From: Candidatus Omnitrophota bacterium
GTDB lineage: Bacteria; Omnitrophota; Gorgyraeia; 1-14-0-20-64-10
NCBI GenBank assembly: GCA_023248155.1
Contig: JAHFFE010000003.1
Span: 108-64,107 of the forward strand
Length of the DNA: 64,000 bases
Direction: 5' to 3'
The position numbers and the translations under genes are program-made. This document shows, piece after piece, positions 20,162 to 28,740 of this stretch; the first letter of the stretch is position 1; each line of letters begins with the position of its first letter. A model generated the notes under the pieces. The model saw nothing but the letters and a program-made list of their open reading frames with translations. It was not told the DNA's origin and made no database searches.

Positions 20162-20430
20162 CCCGCACCTTTGCCCGCACAAAGACTATGTTCTATGCGA
20201 CCTTTCAACTGTCCGAGTGCTTTTCCATAATATTTAAGCCTATCTTCTCGCAACGAGGCGTCTTTCTCCGACTTGTAAGCTTCATAATAGACTAGTTGGA
20301 TAGGTAAACGATGCTTGGTGGAAGCAGACATTCCGTTCTTATGTTCGTTTATTCTCTTTTGAATATCTGCGGTTCGTCCAATATATAATTTCCCATCCGC
20401 CTCGCTTTTAAGGATGTATACATAGAACAT
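20155..20430 (-). CDS. Small GIY-YIG nuclease family protein
   Basis: MFYVYILKS...LYIGRT...RINEH...LVYYEAY...A..RE..LK; an in-frame upstream ATG at 20457 extends it by 9 aa. Confidence 0.92.
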   Translation of the reverse strand: MFYVYILKSEADGKLYIGRTADIQKRINEHKNGMSASTKHRLPIQLVYYEAYKSEKDASLREDRLKYYGKALGQLKGRIEHSLCAGKGAGW

Positions 20431-20456
20431 TTGCGGGCAAAGGTGCGGGGCTACCA
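20155..20456. mobile_element. Miniature TIR/TSD element encoding only a GIY-YIG nuclease
   Basis: 19-bp perfect TIRs CCCCGCACCTTTGCCCGCA (20161-20179) and TGCGGGCAAAGGTGCGGGG (20432-20450); direct repeat CTACCA at 20155-20160 and 20451-20456; interior visibly AT-richer than the nuo genes. Confidence 0.88.
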
Positions 20457-20762
20457 TTTCAGCGCGCGGACCTCATCGGCGTTAATCTTGCCGGTTTTGC
20501 GCGAGAGCAGCAGCGCGATCGCCAGACCGACGGTGACTTCAGCGGCGGCGACGATCATCACAAAGAAAACCATGATCTGTCCGGCGAGATCCCCCTGAAT
20601 ATAAGCGAACGAAACGAACGCCAGGTTGGCGGCCGAAAGCATTAATTCCAGGCTGAGCAGAACCAGAATTAAATTGCGGCGCGTAACTACGCCGACCAGT
20701 CCGATTGTGAACAGGATGATGCTCAAGCCCAGTAGCTGTTGGATAGTGACGATTTCAGACAT
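20451..20762 (-). CDS. nuoK: NADH-quinone oxidoreductase subunit K
   Basis: RRNLILVLLSLELML, VAAAEVTVGLAI. Confidence 0.95.
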   Translation of the reverse strand: MSEIVTIQQLLGLSIILFTIGLVGVVTRRNLILVLLSLELMLSAANLAFVSFAYIQGDLAGQIMVFFVMIVAAAEVTVGLAIALLLSRKTGKINADEVRALKW

Positions 20763-21259
20763 CAGAGTTTCTTCTTTGCAAGAACGATGGCGCCGATGAC
20801 GCCGACCAATAACAATATGGAAGCTACTTCAAACGGGAGCGCGTAGATGGTAAATAATTGTTCGCCGACGGCGCGCGTGGTGCCGGTGACGCCGGTCTGG
20901 ATATCGGACAGTTTCTCCGACTGGAATGTATTGATGACGCGGCCGGCCTGCGAGATAAAAAAGAGACCGAACAGTGCCGCTCCGATTAACAGCGCCGGCT
21001 TGCGTGAGCGCAATAATGTTTCCGGCGTGATATCGAGCAGCATCACCACGAACAAGAAGAGGATTAATACCGCGCCGGCATAAACCAGAATTTGGATGAC
21101 CGCGACGAAATAAGCGTTGAGCGCGACGAACAGGGCGGAGAGGGCGAACAGCGTAACGACAAGGCTCAAGATCGCGTAGACAGGATGACGCGCCAGCAGC
21201 ACGCCCAACGCGCCAAAGACCGCGATACCCGCGACCGTATAGAAGAAAAGAGGATCCAT
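20762..21259 (-). CDS. nuoJ: NADH-quinone oxidoreductase subunit J
   Basis: QILVYAGAVLILFLFVVMLL, PFEVASILLL; start at MDPLFF. Confidence 0.94.
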   Translation of the reverse strand: MDPLFFYTVAGIAVFGALGVLLARHPVYAILSLVVTLFALSALFVALNAYFVAVIQILVYAGAVLILFLFVVMLLDITPETLLRSRKPALLIGAALFGLFFISQAGRVINTFQSEKLSDIQTGVTGTTRAVGEQLFTIYALPFEVASILLLVGVIGAIVLAKKKL

Positions 21260-21556
21260 TAAGTTGAATTTGAATGAGTAGAAGCGTAAAGGTTGTATTG
21301 TATCAAATGAGCAGATTTTTTGGCAAATATTCATACAGATTGGGTATACTTCCTCTATATGGGGAGAAATATGCGCATTTGGGTGCGTTTTTTATTTGGC
21401 CGAATAAGAAGCCGATTTCAAAACCCTTATTTCCGCTGCAAGGGCAAGGGCTGGGTTGCGCCTTTGTTCTCGCTCCTTGATGTACTGCAAGAGTACACCA
21501 TCGTCGCTCGGCCTCGGCTCACTCCAGCCGTTGTCCTTTCGCGGGGAAACCGGGTC

Positions 21557-23968
21557 TTGAAAGCGGCTTTGAGCGCTTTGCTAATCATTAGCATGGCGCT
21601 GCCGACCCATTTTGCCAACGCACTCCGTCCCACCGGTCTCGAAGAATCGGAACCTACCAGACAACTCTTCCTCCAAAAACTTCGTGGAAATTCCACTGGT
21701 CTTGAAGAGAACAACTACCGGATATCGGTCGATACCGGAGTGAACGGTTTGATGAGGGCGGATAATCGCGCCGGTTATTTAACCGATTTTCGTGATCGGA
21801 TTTCAGCAGCAGGCGGTTTGCTGTGGAATTTAAATGAAAGGCAGCCCTCAGTAAACTCTGAAGAGAGAGCGCGGGTTATGACGGTGGGCTCGCCGGGGTC
21901 TGTCGCGGGACCGGTTTATGGATTCGTACGGTACCGGATTGTGCGGCCCTTTGCCGACGACCCTAGTCGAATGGCAATTCTGATTGAGGATTTGGGCGTG
22001 GATCCAAAGTACGCAGATCAATTGACCGAACGGGGGCTCATTAATCTCGTTAAAGCAAATGTGACTTTGTGGCGCCCGGTTGTGCTAGCGCGCGTTCCGT
22101 TAGTTTCTTCGCAGAGCCGTATTCTGCGGGATGCCGGATTTGTGTCGAATGGACAGGAAGATGCCGAGGAAAATATCTTGATGGCGTACGGCGGTTCGGA
22201 GTGGACTTCGAAGCCAATGAATCTGGAATCGGTTGCTTCGGAACAATCCGTCGATCTTTTGCCAATGGCCGGCTACGCGATTCGTGGGGATAGTTCGTCC
22301 GAGCAGTCTCCCACTCGGGGTGAGTGGAGCTGGTCGGGTGTGGCGCAAACCCAGTGGCCCCAACTGTTACAGATTTTAAACGAGGGCCGGACGGAAGGAC
22401 AGGCGGCTTTTACCTACGAAGATTTGGTTTATCTGCAGAGTGATCGGCAGGTTTCTTCCATGGTTCTTTATCCAAGCGGAGAGCCGGATACGATCGCCGC
22501 CGTGATTCTTTATAACCACGAACAAGAGACGCATCGGATTATTGCGTTCGGCGTCGGGCAGAATTTTCGTGGGCAAGGATTAGGGCAATACCTGCTCGAG
22601 TTGTTTAAAGATCAGGCATTAACGGAAACGCGTCCTAACGCGGATGTGTCTGTTCGCCTTGATACCGGTGGGCAAACGCCTGTATTTTTCAGAACTGCCG
22701 GTTTTACAGCGCCTGCTGCCGGGGTTCAGCCCTCTGAATTTTTAGATACGGGGGATGATGCGGTTTCGATGGGCGTTCGCCGGATTGATCCCGAGTTTTT
22801 GGCGGCGATGACCCGCGCTGGTTTTACCAATTCTGGACAGGAAGAACTTCCTCGCGGGCTGCCGCAAGGGCTTTACGACAGCATGAACGAAATGAATCAG
22901 CTGGGGGTTACTGAACCGACGCCGATGCAGATCGTGCATATCGAAGGGTCTTCTTCGGAAGTGGCTGATGCGCTTAGAGCACAATTGGGTGGATTGTCTC
23001 ATCCGGCGCAAAGAATGAACGGGGTCGGCTTCTTCAAATCATTTCCTCTTGTGACTGTTGAAATAACGCTTCATGGGTCTTATGGTCAGTACCCCCGGGA
23101 AGACCATATGGTACTGATTGCGCCTGCCGGGTGGATCCTTAGCCGTGTGGATCAGCTTCAGCGGGGACAGGTCCCTTTGGAGCTTTATCCGTACAGTCTG
23201 CATTTCATTGTTTTTCCGACGCTTCAGCAGGTCTATTTTAAGGAGATCTCTGTGGGTGTTCGGGAATTTGCCCAGGATAGAATACGCCAGCTTCATGGGA
23301 TGTCTGCCTGGTCAGCCGCTGTCCGGCGGTTGAAGCAAGATTACCCGGGTTACCTGATTGTGGCGGCGACTACGAATCCGATGACAAAGATTTCTTTCCC
23401 GAGAGTTTTTTCTGAGATTCCTCAAGCGGAGCAAGAGGCTGCCATACAGGCGGTTGAGCCTACGCTGACAACCGACATCATCAGTCCCAAAGACATTAGT
23501 GCCATTCAAATTCGCCGGGTTCCACCTGTCAACGCTGGGCAGGAAGAAGGTGCTGTTTTGTTTGAGCCGGCTTCATTTGCAGTGAAGAGCCGGACGCTGG
23601 CTATTTTTACGCCTGAGACGGCTCTGCAGGGCGCCCGCGCATTGCAGTTCATGAATCCAGCGCAGAGAACTCGAATTCAAGTGGCGATTGTTGTGAGCGA
23701 TCGCGAACAGCAATCATTGGTCCAATCTCAGTTGCCGGATTTTGTAGATGTGAGCGAATGGGTGATTGTTTCGGAATATGCCACAAAGAAACTCCAGGAG
23801 CATATTCTGGATCTGCAGATTTCGGCCTGGAGCCGTGGAGCCGATACTTATCTGGTTGAAACCTCGGCTGATCTGCAGGAACTGGCGCTGTTTTTGGGAA
23901 TGCCGCAGCAATATCAGGTCAATTACCTCGAATGGCTTTCCGCTCTATCTGCCGAGAGTTTTGCATAA
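21557..23968 (+). CDS. Secreted modular protein with GxEE motifs and GNAT-like acetyltransferase domains
   Basis: Signal-like LKAALSALLIISMALPTHFANA then LRPTGLEE; FGVGQNFRGQGLG acetyl-CoA motif A; start uncertain (TTG 21557 chosen; ORF is open from 21320). Confidence 0.7.
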   Translation: MKAALSALLIISMALPTHFANALRPTGLEESEPTRQLFLQKLRGNSTGLEENNYRISVDTGVNGLMRADNRAGYLTDFRDRISAAGGLLWNLNERQPSVNSEERARVMTVGSPGSVAGPVYGFVRYRIVRPFADDPSRMAILIEDLGVDPKYADQLTERGLINLVKANVTLWRPVVLARVPLVSSQSRILRDAGFVSNGQEDAEENILMAYGGSEWTSKPMNLESVASEQSVDLLPMAGYAIRGDSSSEQSPTRGEWSWSGVAQTQWPQLLQILNEGRTEGQAAFTYEDLVYLQSDRQVSSMVLYPSGEPDTIAAVILYNHEQETHRIIAFGVGQNFRGQGLGQYLLELFKDQALTETRPNADVSVRLDTGGQTPVFFRTAGFTAPAAGVQPSEFLDTGDDAVSMGVRRIDPEFLAAMTRAGFTNSGQEELPRGLPQGLYDSMNEMNQLGVTEPTPMQIVHIEGSSSEVADALRAQLGGLSHPAQRMNGVGFFKSFPLVTVEITLHGSYGQYPREDHMVLIAPAGWILSRVDQLQRGQVPLELYPYSLHFIVFPTLQQVYFKEISVGVREFAQDRIRQLHGMSAWSAAVRRLKQDYPGYLIVAATTNPMTKISFPRVFSEIPQAEQEAAIQAVEPTLTTDIISPKDISAIQIRRVPPVNAGQEEGAVLFEPASFAVKSRTLAIFTPETALQGARALQFMNPAQRTRIQVAIVVSDREQQSLVQSQLPDFVDVSEWVIVSEYATKKLQEHILDLQISAWSRGADTYLVETSADLQELALFLGMPQQYQVNYLEWLSALSAESFA

Positions 23969-24076
23969 GATTTTCTCGACGAGAATGATGCGTTTTCCCC
24001 GCCTTTATTAATCGGTATAAAAGTTACATAGCCTATTTGATTGACCCTCTGTGCGGCTCACCGATAAGATGAGTTT

Positions 24077-24964
24077 ATGACCACCACACTCCCGGTGTCG
24101 ACAGAACAGCTCCAGCAAATTGCAAAACAAATTCGCAAAGAAATTATTCTGATGTTAACCGCTTCCGGGTCGGGTCATCCGGGCGGATCGCTCTCGATGG
24201 TGGAAATGATCACCGCATTGTTTTTCAGCGCGATGAAGCATGATCCGAAAAATCCGAAATGGGAAGATCGCGACCGGTTTATCTTAAGCAAGGGGCATGG
24301 TTGCCCGGCGGTTTACGCGGCGATGGCGATGACCGGTTATTTTCCGAAAGAATTGCTGCTGACGCTGCGTAAATTGGGCTCGCCGCTGCAGGGCCACCCC
24401 GATACGCGGTTTATGCCGGCGCTGGAAGCCTGCACCGGATCGCTTGGGCAGGGGCTTTCAATCGCTTGCGGCATCGCGCTGGCCGCGCGGATGGATAATA
24501 AGGATACCTGGACTTACTGCCTGACCAGCGACGGTGAATCGGAAGAGGGCCAGGTCTGGGAAGCGGCCGGGTTTGCCGGCTTCCATAAAATGGACCATCT
24601 GATCGCATTACTCGACTACAACAAATTCCAGCTCGATGGCCCCGTCAAAAATATTCTCGATCCGGAACCGTTCAAGGCGAAGTGGGAAGCGTTCCGCTGG
24701 CACGCGCAGGAAATCGACGGCCACGATGTCGGTCAGGTGGTTGAAGCGATTGAAAAAGCCAAATCGGTTAAGGGCCAGCCGCATGTGATCATCTGCAACA
24801 CGATCAAGGGCAAGGGCGTTTCGTTTATGGAGAACAATAATTATTTCCACGGTGTGGCACCCACAGCGGAAGAAGCGAAAGCGGCGCTGGCTGAAATTGA
24901 CGGAGATCCGTCGTTGTCGGAAGCGTTGATTGTCGCCGGTAAGATCAAGAAAGGCGGCAAGTAA
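24077..24964 (+). CDS. Transketolase, N-terminal subunit
   Basis: SGHPGGSLS, DRFILSKGH, GSLGQGLS, SDGESEEG. Confidence 0.95.
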   Translation: MTTTLPVSTEQLQQIAKQIRKEIILMLTASGSGHPGGSLSMVEMITALFFSAMKHDPKNPKWEDRDRFILSKGHGCPAVYAAMAMTGYFPKELLLTLRKLGSPLQGHPDTRFMPALEACTGSLGQGLSIACGIALAARMDNKDTWTYCLTSDGESEEGQVWEAAGFAGFHKMDHLIALLDYNKFQLDGPVKNILDPEPFKAKWEAFRWHAQEIDGHDVGQVVEAIEKAKSVKGQPHVIICNTIKGKGVSFMENNNYFHGVAPTAEEAKAALAEIDGDPSLSEALIVAGKIKKGGK

Positions 24965-25899
24965 TGGAAATCACTTTGGGGTTAGCCACGCGCGATGCCT
25001 ACGGTCAGGCGCTTACCGAGTTGGGCCGCAAGAATAAGCAGATTGTCGTCCTCGACGGAGATTTGGCTTCTTCCACGCGCACCGGGATGTTCGCCAAAGA
25101 GTTTCCGGAGCGCTTTTTTAACGCCGGTATTGCCGAAACGAACCTGGTGGGGTTGGCCGGCGGTTTGGCGCAGGGCGGAAAAATTCCATTCATCTCGAGT
25201 TTTGCCTGTTTTATGGTTTGCAAGGGATACGATCAGCTGCGGATGGCAGTGGCCGTGCCGCATTTGAATGTGAAAGTAGTCACCTCGCATGGCGGCATCA
25301 GCATCGGCGAGGATGGCGCTTCGCAGCAGTCGATTGAAGATGTCGGTCTGATGGTGACGCTGCCTGGATTTATCGTGGCGGTTCCATCGGACGAGCATTG
25401 CACGCGCGCGCTGGTAACGCAGGCCGCCGAGATTGAAGGCCCTGTGTATATCCGCACCGGCCGTCCGAAGGCGCCGATTCTTTACACGGCCGATGAGAAG
25501 TTTCAGTTTGGCAAAGGTAAATTGATTTCAAAGGGAACCGATGTGACGATTGTCGCCAACGGCTTGCTGGTGGCTGAAGCGTTAGTGGCTGCCGATGAGC
25601 TGGAGAAGGAAGGAATTTCAGCGTCGGTCATTGATATGCATACGATTAAACCGCTGGATGAGGAATTATTAATCGCGCAGGCCAAAGCAACCGGCGCTGT
25701 TGTGACGGCCGAAGAACATCAGGTCTGGGGCGGGCTGGGCGCCGCTGTGGCGCAGTGCCTGTCGAAGAATTACCCGGTGCCGATGCAGTTCGTGGCGATT
25801 CAGGACACTTACGCAGAATCGGCCAAGCCGGAAGAGCTGATGAAAAAGTACGGCCTGACTTCGCAGAAAATCATCGAGGCCGTCAAGAAAGTCTTATAG
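24964..25899 (+). CDS. Transketolase, C-terminal subunit
   Basis: ATRDAYG, GIAE, GEDGASQQ, PVYIR, TIKPLD, TAEEH. Confidence 0.95.
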   Translation: MEITLGLATRDAYGQALTELGRKNKQIVVLDGDLASSTRTGMFAKEFPERFFNAGIAETNLVGLAGGLAQGGKIPFISSFACFMVCKGYDQLRMAVAVPHLNVKVVTSHGGISIGEDGASQQSIEDVGLMVTLPGFIVAVPSDEHCTRALVTQAAEIEGPVYIRTGRPKAPILYTADEKFQFGKGKLISKGTDVTIVANGLLVAEALVAADELEKEGISASVIDMHTIKPLDEELLIAQAKATGAVVTAEEHQVWGGLGAAVAQCLSKNYPVPMQFVAIQDTYAESAKPEELMKKYGLTSQKIIEAVKKVL

Positions 25900-25901
25900 C
25901 C

Positions 25902-26552
25902 GTGAACCTCTATTTCAAGCAGATAGAGATCGGGCCGATGCAGAATTTTGTTTATCTGATCGGCTCACTCCGCACGCGCGAAGCGGCCGTGGTGGACCCC
26001 GCCTGGAATGTCGATAAAATCCTGAAGGCCGCCGCCGAAGATGAAATGATCATCAAGTCGGTGCTGGTGACGCATACTCATTTCGATCATATCAACGGCG
26101 TTGAGGCGCTTGTGCAGGCCACCGACGCGCAAGTGTTCGTGCATAGCCGGGAAGCCGCAGCCATCCATTTGGAAGATCAGAGCGTCACTTCGGTGGAAGG
26201 CGGCGATGAAATTGTCATCGGCGATCAGAAACTTTCGTTTCTACATACGCCGGGGCATACGCCCGGATCTCTCTGTTTTGAAACGGAAGACCGGCTGGTG
26301 ACCGGCGACACGCTGTTTATCGGCGGATGCGGCCGGTGCGATCTGCCGGGCGGCGATGCCGAGCAGCTGCATAAAAGTCTATCGCGCCTGCACGCGATGA
26401 AAGAATCGCTGGCGATTTATCCGGGGCATAACTACGCGCCGACGCCGTCCTCTTCAATCGGCAACGAAAATAAATACAATCCTTTCTTGATGGCGCCTAC
26501 CGCGCAGGATTTCTTGAATTTGATCGGCGGAGTGAAAAAACGCGGTGGATAA
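25902..26552 (+). CDS. MBL-fold metallohydrolase (glyoxalase II-like)
   Basis: THTHFDH, HTPGHTPGS, GDTLF, PGH; GTG start at 25902. Confidence 0.9.
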   Translation: MNLYFKQIEIGPMQNFVYLIGSLRTREAAVVDPAWNVDKILKAAAEDEMIIKSVLVTHTHFDHINGVEALVQATDAQVFVHSREAAAIHLEDQSVTSVEGGDEIVIGDQKLSFLHTPGHTPGSLCFETEDRLVTGDTLFIGGCGRCDLPGGDAEQLHKSLSRLHAMKESLAIYPGHNYAPTPSSSIGNENKYNPFLMAPTAQDFLNLIGGVKKRGG

Positions 26553-26892
26553 AATTATCATTGAAGCGCTGGAATGCTACGCGCGCGTGGGTGTGCCGGA
26601 GGCCGAGCGTGAAATGCCGCAAAAAATCTTGATTGATATTGAATTGTTTTTGGATTTAAAGGACGCCGGCCGTTCTGACTCGATTACGCATACGCTCGAT
26701 TACGCCGCGGTGGCGGATCGGGCGAAACAAATTTGCGCGTCAAAGCCATTTTTGCTGGTAGAAGCGCTGGCCGAAGCGATTGCCGATGCCGTACTGTGGG
26801 AATTCCGCCCGAAGGAACTGAAATTGCGCGCCCGGAAATTTTCGGTGCCGGGCACCGCGTCGGTCGGGGTCGAGATTACTCGCGGTAAGTAG
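26545..26892 (+). CDS. folB: Dihydroneopterin aldolase
   Basis: GVPEAERE.PQ, SD....TLDY, LVEALAE, VGVEITR. Confidence 0.9.
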   Translation: MDKIIIEALECYARVGVPEAEREMPQKILIDIELFLDLKDAGRSDSITHTLDYAAVADRAKQICASKPFLLVEALAEAIADAVLWEFRPKELKLRARKFSVPGTASVGVEITRGK

Positions 26893-27277
26893 CGAACGAG
26901 TTCGGTGTTTCCCAAAGCCGGATCTCAGTGACGGGGAACCCTTCGGTTTTCGCGTGATCGAAAATGAACTTCGCGATTGTTTCGGCGGTCGGATTTGATT
27001 TGAGAATAAAGAACGGTTCTTTTGACTGAGCAAGAACCGGCACCAGCGGGTCGGCTTCATTGAGAATAAGTTTATGGTCGAGTGTGTTGTCGATCCAGGT
27101 TTGCAGCCGCTGTTTGACCTCGTTGAAATCCATCACCATGCCGCGGTGGTCGAGCGCCGTTTTGGAAAGTTCCACTTCGGCCTTGGCGTTGTGGCCGTGC
27201 AGGTATTTGCATTTGCCTTCGTAATTGAGCAGGCGGTGGCCGTAACAGAAGTGAATGATTCGCGTGACGCAGTACAT
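26876..27277 (-). CDS. queD: 6-carboxytetrahydropterin synthase (QueD/PTPS family)
   Basis: GHRL..Y.GKC..LHGH, MVMDF, LDH, NPTAE, LWET. Confidence 0.9.
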   Translation of the reverse strand: MYCVTRIIHFCYGHRLLNYEGKCKYLHGHNAKAEVELSKTALDHRGMVMDFNEVKQRLQTWIDNTLDHKLILNEADPLVPVLAQSKEPFFILKSNPTAETIAKFIFDHAKTEGFPVTEIRLWETPNSFATYRE

Positions 27278-27288
27278 GGACTCATCTT

Positions 27289-27966
27289 ATGACGGTAAAG
27301 AATAAAGATCAAGCCGCCGCGGTTTTAGTCTCCGGCGGCGTGGAGAGCGCGGCGATGCTGTCCGATGCGCTGAAACGGTTCGAGCGTGTTTATCCGGTCT
27401 ACATTCGCAAAGGGTTTATCTGGGAGACGGTCGAGCAGGTTCATTTGAAGCGGCTGCTGAAATCATTGGCCGCTGAATCTGAAGGATTGGCGCCGCTTTC
27501 TGTGTTGGAAGCGCCGATGAAGCCTGTTTACAAGCCGCACTGGAGTCTGGGCGTGAGCCGGATTCCCGGCGCGCGCGCTCCCGATTCTGAAGTTTATCTG
27601 CCGGGCCGGAATTTGCTGTTCTTGAGTTTGGCCGGACTTTTTTGTAGTCTAAGAAGAGTGCCGGTGTTGTGGATTGGTGTTTTGAAGGGCAATCCATTTA
27701 AAGATGCGCGGCCTGCCTTCTTCAAAGGGATGGAACGGTTGATCCGCGAAGCCGCCGGAATTCCTGTTAAAATTGAAACGCCGTACTCCGCGTTGTCAAA
27801 AGGGCAGGTGATTCGCAAACACCCCGACATTGATTGGCGAATGACGTTTTCATGCTTAAATCCGGTGAATCACCGGCATTGCGGGCGCTGCCAGAAATGC
27901 GCCGAACGAAAAACCGGTTTTCGCGCGGCGGCAGTGATTGACCCGACGATCTATTCGAAAGGATGA
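27289..27966 (+). CDS. queC: 7-cyano-7-deazaguanine synthase-like protein
   Basis: SGGVES PP-loop, YLPGRN, TFSC...HCGRCQKC.ER, DPT.Y. Confidence 0.8.
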   Translation: MTVKNKDQAAAVLVSGGVESAAMLSDALKRFERVYPVYIRKGFIWETVEQVHLKRLLKSLAAESEGLAPLSVLEAPMKPVYKPHWSLGVSRIPGARAPDSEVYLPGRNLLFLSLAGLFCSLRRVPVLWIGVLKGNPFKDARPAFFKGMERLIREAAGIPVKIETPYSALSKGQVIRKHPDIDWRMTFSCLNPVNHRHCGRCQKCAERKTGFRAAAVIDPTIYSKG

Positions 27967-27970
27967 ATTG

Positions 27971-28339
27971 ATGAGACTTTATAAGGGTGGAGTAGGCCAG
28001 GCATCATGGGCCTTGCACCGGCTGACCGGTATTGGGGTTTTATTTTTCCTGTTTACGCATATTGCCGACACGGCGCTGATCATGGTCGGGCCGGAGTGGT
28101 ACAACAAGATCATCGCGATCTACCAGATGCCGCTGTTTGGCATCTCCGAGATTTTTCTGTTTGCCGCCGTTTTATTCCACTCGCTCAACGGTCTGCGCAT
28201 CGTGATCATCGATTTCTGGCCGGAGGCCACGGTGCATCACAAACTGCTGTTTAAGGGAATGATGGGAATTTTTCTGGCGGTTTTCATTCCGGTCGCGTGG
28301 ATTATGCTGGGCCACGCACTGCATGGGGGGGCGCACTAA
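27971..28339 (+). CDS. sdhC: Succinate dehydrogenase cytochrome b556 subunit
   Basis: WALHRLTG, HSLNGLRIVIIDFW; ATG 27971. Confidence 0.92.
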   Translation: MRLYKGGVGQASWALHRLTGIGVLFFLFTHIADTALIMVGPEWYNKIIAIYQMPLFGISEIFLFAAVLFHSLNGLRIVIIDFWPEATVHHKLLFKGMMGIFLAVFIPVAWIMLGHALHGGAH

Positions 28340-28740
28340 TGACTACGGCCAATAATTACGGAAGCCGTCAGCGCCCCACGCAAGGGATCGAGCGGTATGC
28401 CTGGGTTTTTATGCGTTTGTCGGGATTGGCGCTTTTGATTTTGGCGCTGGGACATTTATTCATCATGCATGTGTTCAACAGCGTGCATAACATTGATTAT
28501 AATTTTGTCGCGGCCCGTTATGAGCGTTTGTTCTGGCGCGTTTATGACATGGCGATGCTCTGGCTGGCGCTGATTCACGGCATGAATGGCCTGCGCACGA
28601 TCGTCGATGATTATACGCGCGGCGCCGTCCGCGTCTGGACAGTGCGCTCCCTCTATATCGGCGGAATATTTCTGCTGGCCGTTGGAAGCTGGGTGATTAT
28701 CTGTTTTAAGCCGGTTGCCGCTGCCGGAGGGATGCATTAA
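28339..28740 (+). CDS. sdhD: Succinate dehydrogenase membrane anchor
   Basis: [21 protein letters not shown]; ATG 28339. Confidence 0.9.
   Translation: MTTANNYGSRQRPTQGIERYAWVFMRLSGLALLILALGHLFIMHVFNSVHNIDYNFVAARYERLFWRVYDMAMLWLALIHGMNGLRTIVDDYTRGAVRVWTVRSLYIGGIFLLAVGSWVIICFKPVAAAGGMH

Noticed and set aside
20162-20182. ORF-track N-terminus of NuoL (MCGQRCG)
   Set aside because: It is a translation of the element's TIR; the GTG at 20161 reproduces the ancestral start.
21320-21556. Long N-terminal extension of the 882-aa ORF
   Set aside because: It overlaps promoter-like sequence, and the signal-peptide-like segment begins near 21557; the true start is unresolved.
26876-27966. queD/queC as a 7-deazaguanine DNA-modification (dpd) cluster
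   Set aside because: No dpdA/tgt-like or other dpd genes nearby; the context is housekeeping pterin metabolism.
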